DNA of 63,278 nt, filler included, from Octopus bimaculoides (Eukaryota), in assembly GCF_001194135.2 (NCBI RefSeq). It is 3 parts of 3 records of this genome, joined end to end, with 100 filler letters (N's around TTAATTAATTAA, not from the genome) between each part and the next. Parts side by side here need not be neighbours in the genome. Positions count along the whole stretch, not along the records: positions 1 to 29,866 come from NC_068981.1; positions 29,967 to 61,413 come from NC_068987.1; 1 more part is not named here. One strand, written 5' to 3'. The notes beneath the pieces were generated by a model, which made no database searches, had not been told where the DNA came from, and saw only the letters and a program-made list of their open reading frames with translations. This document shows positions 25,249-36,944 of the stretch, in pieces; the stretch's first letter is position 1, and every line of letters begins with the position of its first letter. Both the position numbers and the translations under genes were made by a program.

Positions 25249-25583
25249 CATGTGTCGCCCGCACATGAGCCAGTCCAGGGGAACCAGCAACGATCCCGCT
25301 CGAAAATCCTACAATGGCCCCGCACAAGAGCCAGTCCAGGGGCACTGGCAATGGTGTCGCTCGAAAAATTTCTTGTGTCACCCGCACAAGAGCCAGTCCA
25401 GGGGCACCGGCAACGATCTCACTCGAAAGATCTCATGTGTCGCCGGCACATGAGCCAGTCCAGGGGAACCAGCAACGATCTCGCTCGAAAATCCTACAAC
25501 GGCCCCGCACAAGAGCCAGTCCAGGGGCACTGGCAACGGTCCCGCTCGAAAAATTTCCTGTGTCACCCGCACAAGAGCCAGCC
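25249..25583. repeat. GC-rich minisatellite, 61-62 bp unit with 185-bp (three-unit) higher-order period
   Basis: Units start at 25261, 25322, 25384, 25446, 25507 and 25569 (GCACA.GAGCCAGTCCAGGGG..GCAACG..CGCTCGAAA); variants recur A-B-C-A-B; the array runs into the 24323-25248 gap. Confidence 0.92.
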
Positions 25584-26079
25584 CATGAATTGTGAGCGTA
25601 TGAAATTTAGGCATGTAAAGATATTAATATACATACATGCATATATAGGTGTGTATATAGATACACACACACATACATATATATACACACATGAATATAT
25701 ATAAATCCATTTACTTATATATGTATACATATATATATATACATAAGCATACACGCACGTATATACATACGTAAATACAAACGCACGCGCACATACACAT
25801 GCAGATGCACACACTCATATTCGCGCAGACATATACTTACGTCCGTGTGTGTGTTTGTAATTTAGGTATGTAATTTCATCCATAGCGAGCGAGTATTGTC
25901 GGCATTTTCCAAAATCATGCACAATTTATTCCATTTACTGGTCTATTTATTCGTACAGCTCCTCTATACACTACTCTCAACAGCTATTAATAATGTCAAT
26001 GTGATCTACATCCTTCAATATAGCTGTAACGTGAACAAAACACGCTACTGCAAAACATATTAACGCACACGCAAACACA

Positions 26080-26117
<38 letters not shown>

Positions 26118-26370
26118 GAACTAACCCGTGCACATATACAACCACGTATATATGTACGCGCCTGCGCGTGTGTGTGTGTGTGTATGATCATTAGCATGTA
26201 TATAACAGACAAACGAGTGATAGAGTATGGTGGTATGCAGTCATGCAGCTACCCAATTTCCTGAAACATACCTACTGACACACACACAGAGTCAGGGAGA
26301 TGCACATACACAGACACACACGCACACACCCAACCATATACGCATACGCATACCCGTGTAGTCTATTTGA

Positions 26371-26405
<35 letters not shown>

Positions 26406-27881
26406 TGTATGCGTGTTTAGGTTGTATAAATGTATGTAGGTACATATGTATACATGTAGCTATATATACAGATATTCATGCGTACAGAGGCATAACCACG
26501 AAGTTTCTATGTCTCTGTCTTTGTGTGTGTCTGTGTGTGAGTATAGATAGACACAGAGTNNNNNNNNNNNNNNNNNNNNNNNNNNNNNNNNNNNNNNNNN
26601 NNNNNNNNNNNNNNNNNNNNNNNNNNNNNNNNNNNNNNNNNNNNNNNNNNNNNNNNNNNNNNNNNNNNNNNNNNNNNNNNNNNNNNNNNNNNNNNNNNNN
26701 NNNNNNNNNNNNNNNNNNNNNNNNNNNNNNNNNNNNNNNNNNNNNNNNNNNNNNNNNNNNNNNNNNNNNNNNNNNNNNNNNNNNNNNNNNNNNNNNNNNN
26801 NNNNNNNNNNNNNNNNNNNNNNNNNNNNNNNNNNNNNNNNNNNNNNNNNNNNNNNNNNNNNNNNNNNNNNNNNNNNNNNNNNNNNNNNNNNNNNNNNNNN
26901 NNNNNNNNNNNNNNNNNNNNNNNNNNNNNNNNNNNNNNNNNNNNNNNNNNNNNNNNNNNNNNNNNNNNNNNNNNNNNNNNNNNNNNNNNNNNNNNNNNNN
27001 NNNNNNNNNNNNNNNNNNNNNNNNNNNNNNNNNNGCATTCGTAGATATATACTATATGTGTAAAGAACAAGAGAGACGGGCATAAATTATATTTAGTTAG
27101 AGAGCGAGGAGAAGGTTAGAAAGACAGACAAGAGAACAGTAGTGGTGTATAAAATTTTGTAATATAGATAGGGATAATAGCGAACGCAAGTGAATGATGG
27201 AGATAGAACGACAGAGAGAGAGAGGAGGAGAGGAGAGTGTGAGTGAGTGATGAGGAGAAACAGACGGTAGTGACGGGACAAATTGAGAGTAAGATAAAAA
27301 CACGAAAGCGATTGAGAGAGTTATGGCTGAGATGAAGAGAACATTGAAGAAACTTATAGTATTACATAAGTGATAAAAAGGGACAAAAAATTGCGATACC
27401 AGACGATGTTAATAACATAAAGGAAGAGAGTTTGAAATTTCAAAACTGCAGGGTATTAAGGGTGGAAAAAATGGCTGACGTTTTTGCATTTGACAGACAC
27501 CCACTGCAACTCGGGGTAGGTAACTGATGTCGCTATTCTGAGGAAGAATTTCTGCACTACTGTTTATTTTATTTTTCTTTCTTATATAATTTTCCCCCAG
27601 CTGCACTTCTTTTCATTGCTGGCTGCAACTGGTGTCGCTTCTATGACGTAATCTATAAATATAAAGAACAGTGAATGCACACATACACACACACACACAC
27701 ATACATTCACACACACACATACATTCACACACACAGACACATTCACACACACACACACACATATATATATAACTACGTATTTTTAAACAGTCTCATTTAC
27801 ACACACATTCATCACAGACAAAGAGATATACAGACGTGCACACATATAGACACACAGACACACACACACACACACACACAC

Positions 27882-27916
<35 letters not shown>

Positions 27917-29833
27917 TCATTAGCATCTTTAATATGATCTGCGTCCCTGCTAGCAGTAATTGTACAAGTGGTGGTGGTGGTGGTGGTGGTGGNNNNNNNN
28001 NNNNNNNNNNNNNNNNNNNNNNNNNNNNNNNNNNNNNNNNNNNNNNNNNNNNNNNNNNNNNNNNNNNNNNNNNNNNNNNNNNNNNNNNNNNNNNNNNNNN
28101 NNNNNNNNNNNNNNNNNNNNNNNNNNNNNNNNNNNNNNNNNNNNNNNNNNNNNNNNNNNNNNNNNNNNNNNNNNNNNNNNNNNNNNNNNNNNNNNNNNNN
28201 NNNNNNNNNNNNNNNNNNNNNNNNNNNNNNNNNNNNNNNNNNNNNNNNNNNNNNNNNNNNNNNNNNNNNNNNNNNNNNNNNNNNNNNNNNNNNNNNNNNN
28301 NNNNNNNNNNNNNNNNNNNNNNNNNNNNNNNNNNNNNNNNNNNNNNNNNNNNNNNNNNNNNNNNNNNNNNNNNNNNNNNNNNNNNNNNNNNNNNNNNNNN
28401 NNNNNNNNNNNNNNNNNNNNNNNNNNNNNNNNNNNNNNNNNNNNNNNNNNNNNNNNNNNNNNNNNNNNNNNNNNNNNNNNNNNNNNNNNNNNNNNNNNNN
28501 NNNNNNNNNNNNNNNNNNNNNNNNNNNNNNNNNNNNNNNNNNNNNNNNNNNNNNNNNNNNNNNNNNNNNNNNNNNNNNNNNNNNNNNNNNNNNNNNNNNN
28601 NNNNNNNNNNNNNNNNNNNNNNNNNNNNNNNNNNNNNNNNNNNNNNTATATATATATATAATATTAATATATATATATAAGATAATATATATATATATAT
28701 ATACATACATATATACATTTATATATATGTATATATTATATTGTAATATACTATTTATTACATATATTTATACATACATACATACATACATAAATAAATA
28801 CATACATACATACATACATACATACATACATACTTGTGAAGCATATGCACACGCAACAAACACCTATGTGCACGTATGATTATGCATGCGTATTTTATAG
28901 GTAATTATACGCTTTCCAAAATGCAAATGTATGCACACTGACATATGTAGTTGTACATCAGCTCTATACTCGTTACAACACATTAAATTATATAGATAGG
29001 GAAAACGTTTATTTATTCGAATAAATATAATCGACTCAGACAAAAGAAAATACAGACAGATCTATAGCGTAGATCTACGAACATGGAAACACGGGAGTAA
29101 TGACATGATGAATATAAAGACACACATTTTGTGCATATTTATATCAATGGACAAATTTGTTTAGACGCACAGATACGTAGTAACAAGCGTAGACAACCTT
29201 ACATGTCAACACACATGAAATTTTGTACACAGAATGAAGACTGATACCTCAACGACTGGAGACATACTGGTTTTAGCATAATTTTACAGAATATTCGGCA
29301 ATTAGGTTCTTATACATAACAGCAGTGACGCAATGGTTACACGGCGTATAACTCCATGCTTCCCTTCCTAGCTGGTACTATTGCATAATCGTCTAACAAA
29401 ATATACGTCTGTCGTAATAGCAGCCACTCTGATAATTTGACACAGATTTCATGATGGAAGGCACACGTAATATTTCTACCTTCTACTGTATACATCTCTC
29501 AGCCTATATTAAAATCTGGAATATATTCAGATAGACAGACACAAACAAAAACACATGCATACACACGCACGCGCACACGCACACATACACCTATATATAT
29601 ATATATATATATACATATATATATACAGNNNNNNNNNNTATATACAGTGAGAGAGAGAGAGAGAGAGATAGATATTTATAAATAGCTTTATATATTTAAC
29701 TATATATGCTAAAACATTTATACATATACGTATATCTGTATATATATATCTGCATATGTGTGTGCAAATGTATATACATTTGTAGATGTAAATATATATT
29801 TGTATGTAATATATATATATATACGTGTGTGTG

Positions 29834-29866
<33 letters not shown>

Positions 29867-29910
29867 NNNNNNNNNNNNNNNNNNNNNNNNNNNNNNNNNN
29901 NNNNNNNNNN

Positions 29911-29922
29911 TTAATTAATTAA
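29911..29922. other. Artificial scaffold-join linker (six-frame stop) in a 100-bp gap
   Basis: Exactly 44 N + TTAATTAATTAA + 44 N; identical construct at 61458-61469. Confidence 0.92.
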
Positions 29923-29983
29923 NNNNNNNNNNNNNNNNNNNNNNNNNNNNNNNNNNNNNNNNNNNNATATATATATATATATA

Positions 29984-30140
29984 CGACAGGCTTCTTTCAG
30001 TTTCTGTCTACCAAATCCACTCACAAAACTTTGGTCAGCCTGAGGCTATAGTAGAAGACACCTGCACAAAGTGGGAATAACCTGGAATTAGGAATTACGT
30101 GGTTGAGAAGCAAGCTTCTTACCACACAGCCACTCCTGTG
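29984..30140 (-). mobile_element. SINE-C 5' half (further copies at about 18775-18915 +, 22530-22650 -, 35745-35860 -, 56380-56535 +)
   Basis: Reverse complement CACAGGAGTGGCTGTGTGGTAAGAAGCTTGCTT..GCAGGTGTCTTCTACTATAGCCTC..GGTAGACAGAAACTGAAAGAAGCCTGTCG then (TA)n. Confidence 0.82.
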
Positions 30141-30571
30141 TTCTTTTTCATAGGTAGGCCTAGTATGTGCCAGTAGTTTTAGCTATTTTTGGTTTTATTG
30201 AATTTAATCCTTTGCTTTGACATGTAAAGATCAAAGGTTCAAAGTTTAGTCCAGTATTTAAGAATTTTTAGGGGTTCACAAAAGAATGTAAGTAGGTGGT
30301 ATGATTTAGCTAGTCAGTTCCTTTACTTGTTGTTATTTAGGTATTTCCTGTCTTTATTTTGAAGGTGGAGGGTATTAGTTATGCATGCCATTGTGTTGTT
30401 AGAATAGAAATTTATTTATCTTGTGCTTTGATGTTCACAAAAGGATGTGGGTAGGTGTAAAGGTCTCTATGTTTCTCTCTAGAGGTTCTATAAGCAATTT
30501 GATTAATATATAGAAATTTTAACCTTTGTATTTTATGGAAGCAGACTTTGTGGGCTATGTGTTTTAAAATA

Positions 30572-31854
30572 TTGGGTTTTCCGGAAAGTTTGTGCTGGTT
30601 TAGAGTAGCTTACCTTTCGACTTATTTTAGAACATGGTTGAGTCCATAAAATAGGATTTGACTACACCTCCATTTAGAGCACAGTTTAAGCTATCTTTTC
30701 GTGGAAGAAGGTTTGTGTTCCTATAACCTGTGTTAATTTTGTAACCCTTTTAAATGGAAGATAAGAAAGTTCATTTTTGGCATTTGATGGTTTTCTTTTT
30801 CCGTAAAGCGAAAAATGCCTCACAAGCAACCAAAGAAATATGCGCAGTTTACGGTGATGTTTCTTTATCTGAAAGAACTGTACGGAAGTGGTTCACAAGG
30901 TTCCGAGCTGGAGATTGTAGCCTTATTGATAAAGAGTGATCAGACAGACCATCCACTACAGATGATGACCAAATCAAGTCATTAATTGAGAATAACCCAC
31001 ATTGCACAACCTGAGAATTGGCAGAAAGCCTCAACCTATCAAAATCCATCGTTCATGAGCACCTGGTAAAGCTTGGGTACACAATTCGCTACAATGTTTG
31101 GGTACCACATTAGTTGAGTGAGAAGAACCTTTTGGATCGCATTTCCATCTGTGATTCGATTTATAAACGGAATGAAAACGCGCCTTTTTTAAAGCAAATT
31201 GTGACAGGTGATGAGAAATGGATTATCTACTGAAATGTTCAGAGAAAGCGATCCTGGAGTAAGCGACATGAGCCACCCTTAGCCACCCCAAAAGCAGGTC
31301 TTCACCCTAAAAAAGTCTTGCTTTGTGTCTGGTGGGATTGAAAAGGAATTCTGTTCTACGAGCTTCTCCCAAGTAACCAGACAATTAATTCTGAGAAATA
31401 CTGCACACAACTGGATGAGTTAAAAGCAGCAATTCAAGAGAAACATCCAGAATTGGCCAACAGGAAGGGTGTTGTTTTCCATCATGATAATTCAAGACTG
31501 TATGTTTCTTTGGGAACCAGACAAAAATTGCTGCAGTTGGCTGGGATGTGTTACCCCACCCTCCATGTTCACCAGATATTGCTCCTTCGGATTTCCACTT
31601 ATTCAGGTCTCTGCAGAATAGTCTTAATGGTAAAAATTTCAATTCCTTGGATGACGTAAAAAGATACCTTGATGAATTCTTAGCTATGAAACCACCTCAG
31701 TTCTGGGAAGAGGGTATTTTCAAGTTAATAGAAAGATGGAGATGCATTGTGCAACAAAATGGTTCATATTTGATTGATTAAAAATGTAATGGCAAGTATT
31801 TATTGACCTTTTTCTTTCCTTTAAAAATCAGCAAAAACTTTCCGGACAACCCAA
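30572..31854 (+). mobile_element. Full-length (1283 bp) defective mariner transposon
   Basis: TA duplications at 30570-71 and 31855-56; about 30-bp TIRs TTGGGTT(T/G)TCCGGAAAGTTT(G/T)TGCTG(G/A)TTT; single decayed transposase ORF. Confidence 0.96.
30754..31781 (+). pseudogene. Mariner DD34D transposase pseudogene, mellifera-subfamily-like
   Basis: MEDKKVHF..KNASQA..WVPH*L..TGDEKW..HHDNSR..GWDVLPHPPCSPDIAPSDFHLFRSLQNSLNGKNF; D34D spacing counted; five in-frame stops and one 1-bp frameshift near 31540. Confidence 0.93.
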
Positions 31855-33734
31855 TATTTTCTTCAATTCTGTTTCAAACATGGATATTTTATAATATATT
31901 ATTTTAGTTTTCTGAATATATGTGAAAATGGGGCACAAATGGTGTATATATATTCATGTATAAAAAAAGAGAATAAAAATATTTGATTTAATCTTTTAAA
32001 AAATGATTTAAAAATTTAAAACAGAAGAAAAGAAAAATATTAAACAACAAAAAGGGTCTTCCACCTTGTTTGCATAGAAATATATATATTTTATGTGTGT
32101 GTGTATGTAGGTTTGTGTATTTATATTAGAAAATCTTTTGTGGGGATTTTGGTTAGAGATAGCGAGACTTTTAGATATTTTCTACAGCACTTGTTTAGTG
32201 TAAAGATATAAAAGTGTTTCTTATGTATATTACAGAGATAATTTATTATGTAAGTGGAGGGAGGGGAGTTGGTGAGATATTTACATGTTTAGCCATTGGA
32301 AGAAATTATTGGCATTTGCATGAAGAGACTAATTCAGATCTTTGGTTCAGAATTTGGTCCATGAATGTGAGAAGGTGTTTTTGCAGTATTTTGAAAAATA
32401 ATTTAGCTATTGGTGTGGAGATTTGTATGTTGGAGTTCGGATTAAACTAGATGATTTTCCTTTTTCTAGTCTTATGTATTTTATTTATTGTGGGAAGTTT
32501 GTTGTTCATATATTGCACTTTTTCCTTGTAACCACTATTATATTAAGAGCTTCATTATATGCAGTTGCTATTTTGGTTTTTCATTTGATGATAAAGTGGA
32601 AAGTCTAAGGGAAATTTCTTTACTAGGTTTTTGGTAATGCTTTTGAAGTGGTTGGATTGCTTATCCATATACTGAACTTTTTTGGTATCCTTCTTGTAAG
32701 GTTTATAGACACTGGATTCCCAGTTGAGAGTAACATCTAGGAAGTTGACTGACTTTAATTGTGTTTATATTGTCATGGAGAAGCCCAAGTTTTTAAAGAA
32801 GTGATGTAGTTCCTTCCTAAATTTATTAATTTTTTGTGGGTTGTAGTTTCTTTGTAGAAGTAGATTGTCATCCATACATAGACCATGTGAGATGGAGGGA
32901 AATTTATTGTATAAGTGTTTTAGTATGTAAAGACTAATGATGTTGCTTACTTCTGCTGAGTCCTTTGATCCTATGCTTACATCAAATGGTTCTTAAGTTT
33001 TTTTCTTAATCCAGAAAGCTTTGTTGTGGAAAGGGTGTGATTTTCTTACTTGTAATATTGCTGCCATTTTGGTGTTGTTTATTGTAGTTATTGTTTTAGA
33101 AAAGTTCAAAGCAGTCTGACTATGGGTTAACTGGCCAAACTTTCAGAGTCACTGTCAATAATATTCTTGTTTAAGAATGATATACATACATACTTGTATA
33201 CATACATATGTACGTATATTTATACTTATATTACACTTATAGACAACTGGACTTTATCATATTTCCCTCTTAAACATCTATAGTACATAATTATTATATC
33301 CACATCATTTGTAAATTTCTGCAGTATCTTTGATACAGTTTATTGTTTTATCATTGAAACCTAACATTGTGGAATGTGTCATGTTTTTAACTGATAATAA
33401 TTCGTTCCTTGAGATTAAAAAAAATGGAATGATTTTTTTTTTACATAGTTATATACACTCATTAAATAAGTGTCTAATTGTATGTATTTTTTAAAACTGT
33501 ATGTGTTTTAGTTTTAATTATACTCATGTAGATTCCGATGTTAGAATATTGTCTAAGTATAACAGTTACTTATAGTCTTTATTAAATGGTGGAATGAGAA
33601 TAAACTTTGAACTAATAACTTGAGTTAAAATAAACTAGAAACCAAATGCAGCAGAATGGAGACTAAATTAGTGATTGGCTTATGACAACTAATATTGCAT
33701 TCTTTTGTTCTTAGGATGTTGTGAAATTAAACAC

Positions 33735-33895
33735 TATTATTCTATGTTACTTCAAATTCACGCTGAGGTCAACTTTGCCTTTCATCCTTTTGGGGTTAAT
33801 AACATAAGTACCAGTTAAGAGTGGAGTCAGTGTAATGAACTTATTCCCTCCTCCAAAACTTCAGGTTTTGTGCCTACAGCAGAAAGGATTATTTT
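33735..33895 (+). mobile_element. 5'-truncated SINE-A copy
   Basis: GAGGTCAACTTTGCCTTTCATCCTTTTGGGGTTAATAA..AAGTACCAG..GTGCCTACAGCAGAAAGGATTATT. Confidence 0.75.
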
Positions 33896-34685
33896 ATATG
33901 TTACTAAATATGAAGGAGTTAGTTACTGTGAGGAGTGGATAAACTGATGGGCTCTTTATGGTGTGGTAAAGTAAAAAGCCTTTGGAAAACTTGGTAAATT
34001 TGTGAGAACATGCAAGCTTCTATCTTTGATATTTCCTCAATATATCAATGAATGTTCAAATCCCTGTTATTTGCATAAAGAATTTATTTTCATCTGGTTT
34101 AAATAGGAAGCCATTTTACTATATTCAGATCTTTGTTCTGAAAATATTGGTAAAAAATAGTTCTTGAACTTGCTTTTGAGTAGAGAATTTTCTCTTTATA
34201 AGCTGTTTTTTTAAATTTGTTTTCATTTTTCAGCATTTGCTGTACTCTCTTAAGAGTTCAATATGTATTGCTGTACTCTCAATATGCTCTGAGTGAATTC
34301 ATTGAAATGTGACAGTGACATGTAAGGTGTGTATGAAAGGAGTTGCAGATAAGAAGAAAGTTGAGCTTGATTTTGAAAAGGCATGAAGATGGAAAATGTG
34401 GAAATATTTTTCAGTGGATGAGAATATTGCAGTGAGAGAGAGGGAAGACAAAGTAAATTGCTGAGAATGATGGAAAGAAAACCAGTAATGGATGCTGTGA
34501 AGAGAAATAGTATGAGCTGTCTTGATCATATGTTGAGGTTGAAAATGACTTGGCAGATGTTGGTATCAAAAGGGTTAAAATGTTTGTTGTGCTCTTACTG
34601 TACTTCCTTAACATGCTGTTGTCACTCCCTGTTGTCTTTCAGTGACTGAACTAGAATTTCTTTTCCTTTTCTTTTTTTTCTACAG

Positions 34686-34746
34686 TTTCCTCCTATTTTA
34701 TTAACTTTGAAAAGTAAATTGTACCTCTGCAGTTAAATACAGCAAG
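34686..34746 (+). other. Candidate 61-nt non-coding exon (possible ELOVL 5'UTR exon)
   Basis: Strong acceptor TTCTTTTTTTTTCTACAG| and donor AAG|GTATTT; stops in all three frames. Splice signals are the only support. Confidence 0.25.
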
Positions 34747-35607
34747 GTATTTTGTTCAGTGCTCTGCCAATTCTAGCAATTCATTGCCCTTACAAATAAT
34801 ATAAATTTCTAATTTTGGCATGAGGCTGCAATTGTTTATAGTTAAGTATAGATGATAGAATGAATTTCGGTATTTTACTGTTGTTTATTTCAATGATTTA
34901 TGATAGAAATTCTAGTTAGATTTAAACTAAGAATATAGATAAGATGGAACTAAATACTGTCATTTAGAGTGATGATTTATAAATCACACTGCAAATATTA
35001 TAATTAAAATTTTGAAAGAACATCATCATCATCATCGTCGTCGCCACTGTCTTAATATTCACTTCTCATGCTTGCATGAGTCAGACAGAATTTTTATTGA
35101 GAGGTAATATTTATCCCCACTTAAACATGGAGGTTCTGTTAAAACAAATAATACTTTGGTAGTTACCATGAGAGAAATGCACATATTGGATTTTGGTGCA
35201 AAATGTACTCTTGTTTATATCAATATGTAAACAATATATAAAGAGTTCATTTTGCATCAAAAACCAATATGAAAGTTTCTCTCATGGTGTCTACCATAGT
35301 ATTGTTTGTTCTAATAGAACATCCATGTTTCACTGAGGATAAGTATTAACTCTCTGTATCAATACCAACTCTGTTGCTAATAAATATTTTTTAGCAAGAG
35401 TTTTTATCGAGGCAGATTTTCTATGGCCAGATGACCTTCCTATTGTTAACCCTAAGCTGTTTCCAATGAAGATATGACCAGATATGTCTGTTGCAGAATA
35501 CTGGAAATGAATGACATTGCTTATATGATAGTGATACTAATTTACAACTATCACACAATGTAAAGACAAGCAAACAGAAACACACACACACACACACACA
35601 CACACAC

Positions 35608-35694
<87 letters not shown>

Positions 35695-36545
35695 CTCTCT
35701 CTCTCATACACACACACACACACATCATATATGTATATAATGTGATTCTTTCAGTTTCCACTACCAGATCCACTCTCAAAGTTTTGGTCAAGGTTCCACA
35801 TAGTTAAATTGAACTTGAAAGTATATGGTTGGAAAGCAAACATCTTTACACCTACACCTATATGATTAATTATTAGTTGACTTTTCAGAATTAAAAGTAT
35901 CTATTAAAAAAGGGCTTACCTTGATATTTCTAATAAATGATACATGCACTTAGGTTTTTTTTCATCAGTAATCAAAGATAATCACTGGTATTTGTTTTAC
36001 TCTCTTTAAAATCTAATCATGCTCCAGCAATAGTTGAACTTTTGAGTAATTAAATTTAATTGTTTTACGTCACATTTAATTATGTTGTTGTAGCAGCAGA
36101 TGTTATTGCTGACTTATGAGTTATTGTCAGTAATAGCTATTTATTATAAGTTAACCAGCTTTGTTCCCTTGTTTTTATGGTTCTTATATAATCTGATTAA
36201 TGAAGTGACTAGTTCGTTCCAGCTCTTGACTTCTGTTCTCACGTACTCTGAATGTGATAATAGCCATACATTGTTACTCTTCTCTGGTTATTATCCTCTT
36301 AATGGGTATCATGTGGAGATGAGATTCTGTTGGTAGATTATTACTTTGGTGGTAGTTTGCTGGTTTAGGTGATGAACTACCAGCCAGGTAAAAGATCATT
36401 GTTCTTCTAGCAGACTAAATTGTTTGTGCTAATTGAGAATGTAACCCATGACTACATATCAGTTTTGTTTGCAGAATATACATCTCTCTTGATCAACAGA
36501 ACAATCACCTATTGATTAGGTCAGCTGTGATCTCATGTACCTGAT

Positions 36546-36640
36546 ACAACAGTACTGCAGCTGGTAAAAATGCCAAGTATCAAGTCTATGATTATGAAAC
36601 ACCAGATTAGATGGTCTGGTCATCTTGGCTATTTAGAGGA
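36546..36640 (+). mobile_element. Short RTE-clade LINE fragment (post-RT region)
   Basis: [27 protein letters not shown]; 76 of 82 nt identical to the reverse complement of 39381-39462. Confidence 0.75.
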
Positions 36641-36944
36641 CGACTGCATACCAAAATCTTGTGCAGCGGAGTGTGAGGGTCAGCCAGTGGACTCACTTGG
36701 CATTGTGGGTTCCAATGACCAGGTGGTCAGGCTACTGCTGAAAGGTGGTGGTGGGGGCTGACTTGTGGTTGGTGTGGAATATCTTGTAGATCCCTTGCAG
36801 GCCTTAGGGGCCATATGAGATGTTATCAAGGATTGGGAGACCAAACTTAAGATGTTTCTTAGAGTAAAATGGGTCTAGGAAATCACTTTAGTCACAAGTC
36901 ACTTCCAATATGTATATGTGTGTGTGTATATATATGTATACATG

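Larger units (their letters stand above)
30150..33100 (-). mobile_element. Old Penelope-like element (RT plus probable GIY-YIG region), split by the mariner insertion
   Basis: Minus frames: FDVSIGSKDSAEVSNIISLYILKHL (about 32920-32986), GLCMDDNL (about 32861-32884), VNFLDVTLNWESSVYKPYKK..QYMDKQSNH..LRLSTLSSN..YNEALN, I*FNPN; left of the mariner, SKHKINKFLF resembles the PLE C-terminus. Boundaries approximate. Confidence 0.75.

Noticed and set aside
25249-25583. CRISPR-like appearance (conserved ~21-nt block with variable intervening sequence)
   Set aside because: The intervening sequences are homologous and recur with a 185-bp period; eukaryotic context, no cas genes.
27471-27650. Possible first exons MADVFAFDRHPLQLG / LHFFSLLAATGVASM
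   Set aside because: Only splice-like signals; weak second donor, no homology, and separated from ELOVL by an artificial join.
34300-34620. RTE-like C-terminal remnant (MLRMMERK..CLDHMLRL)
   Set aside because: Too degenerate to call.
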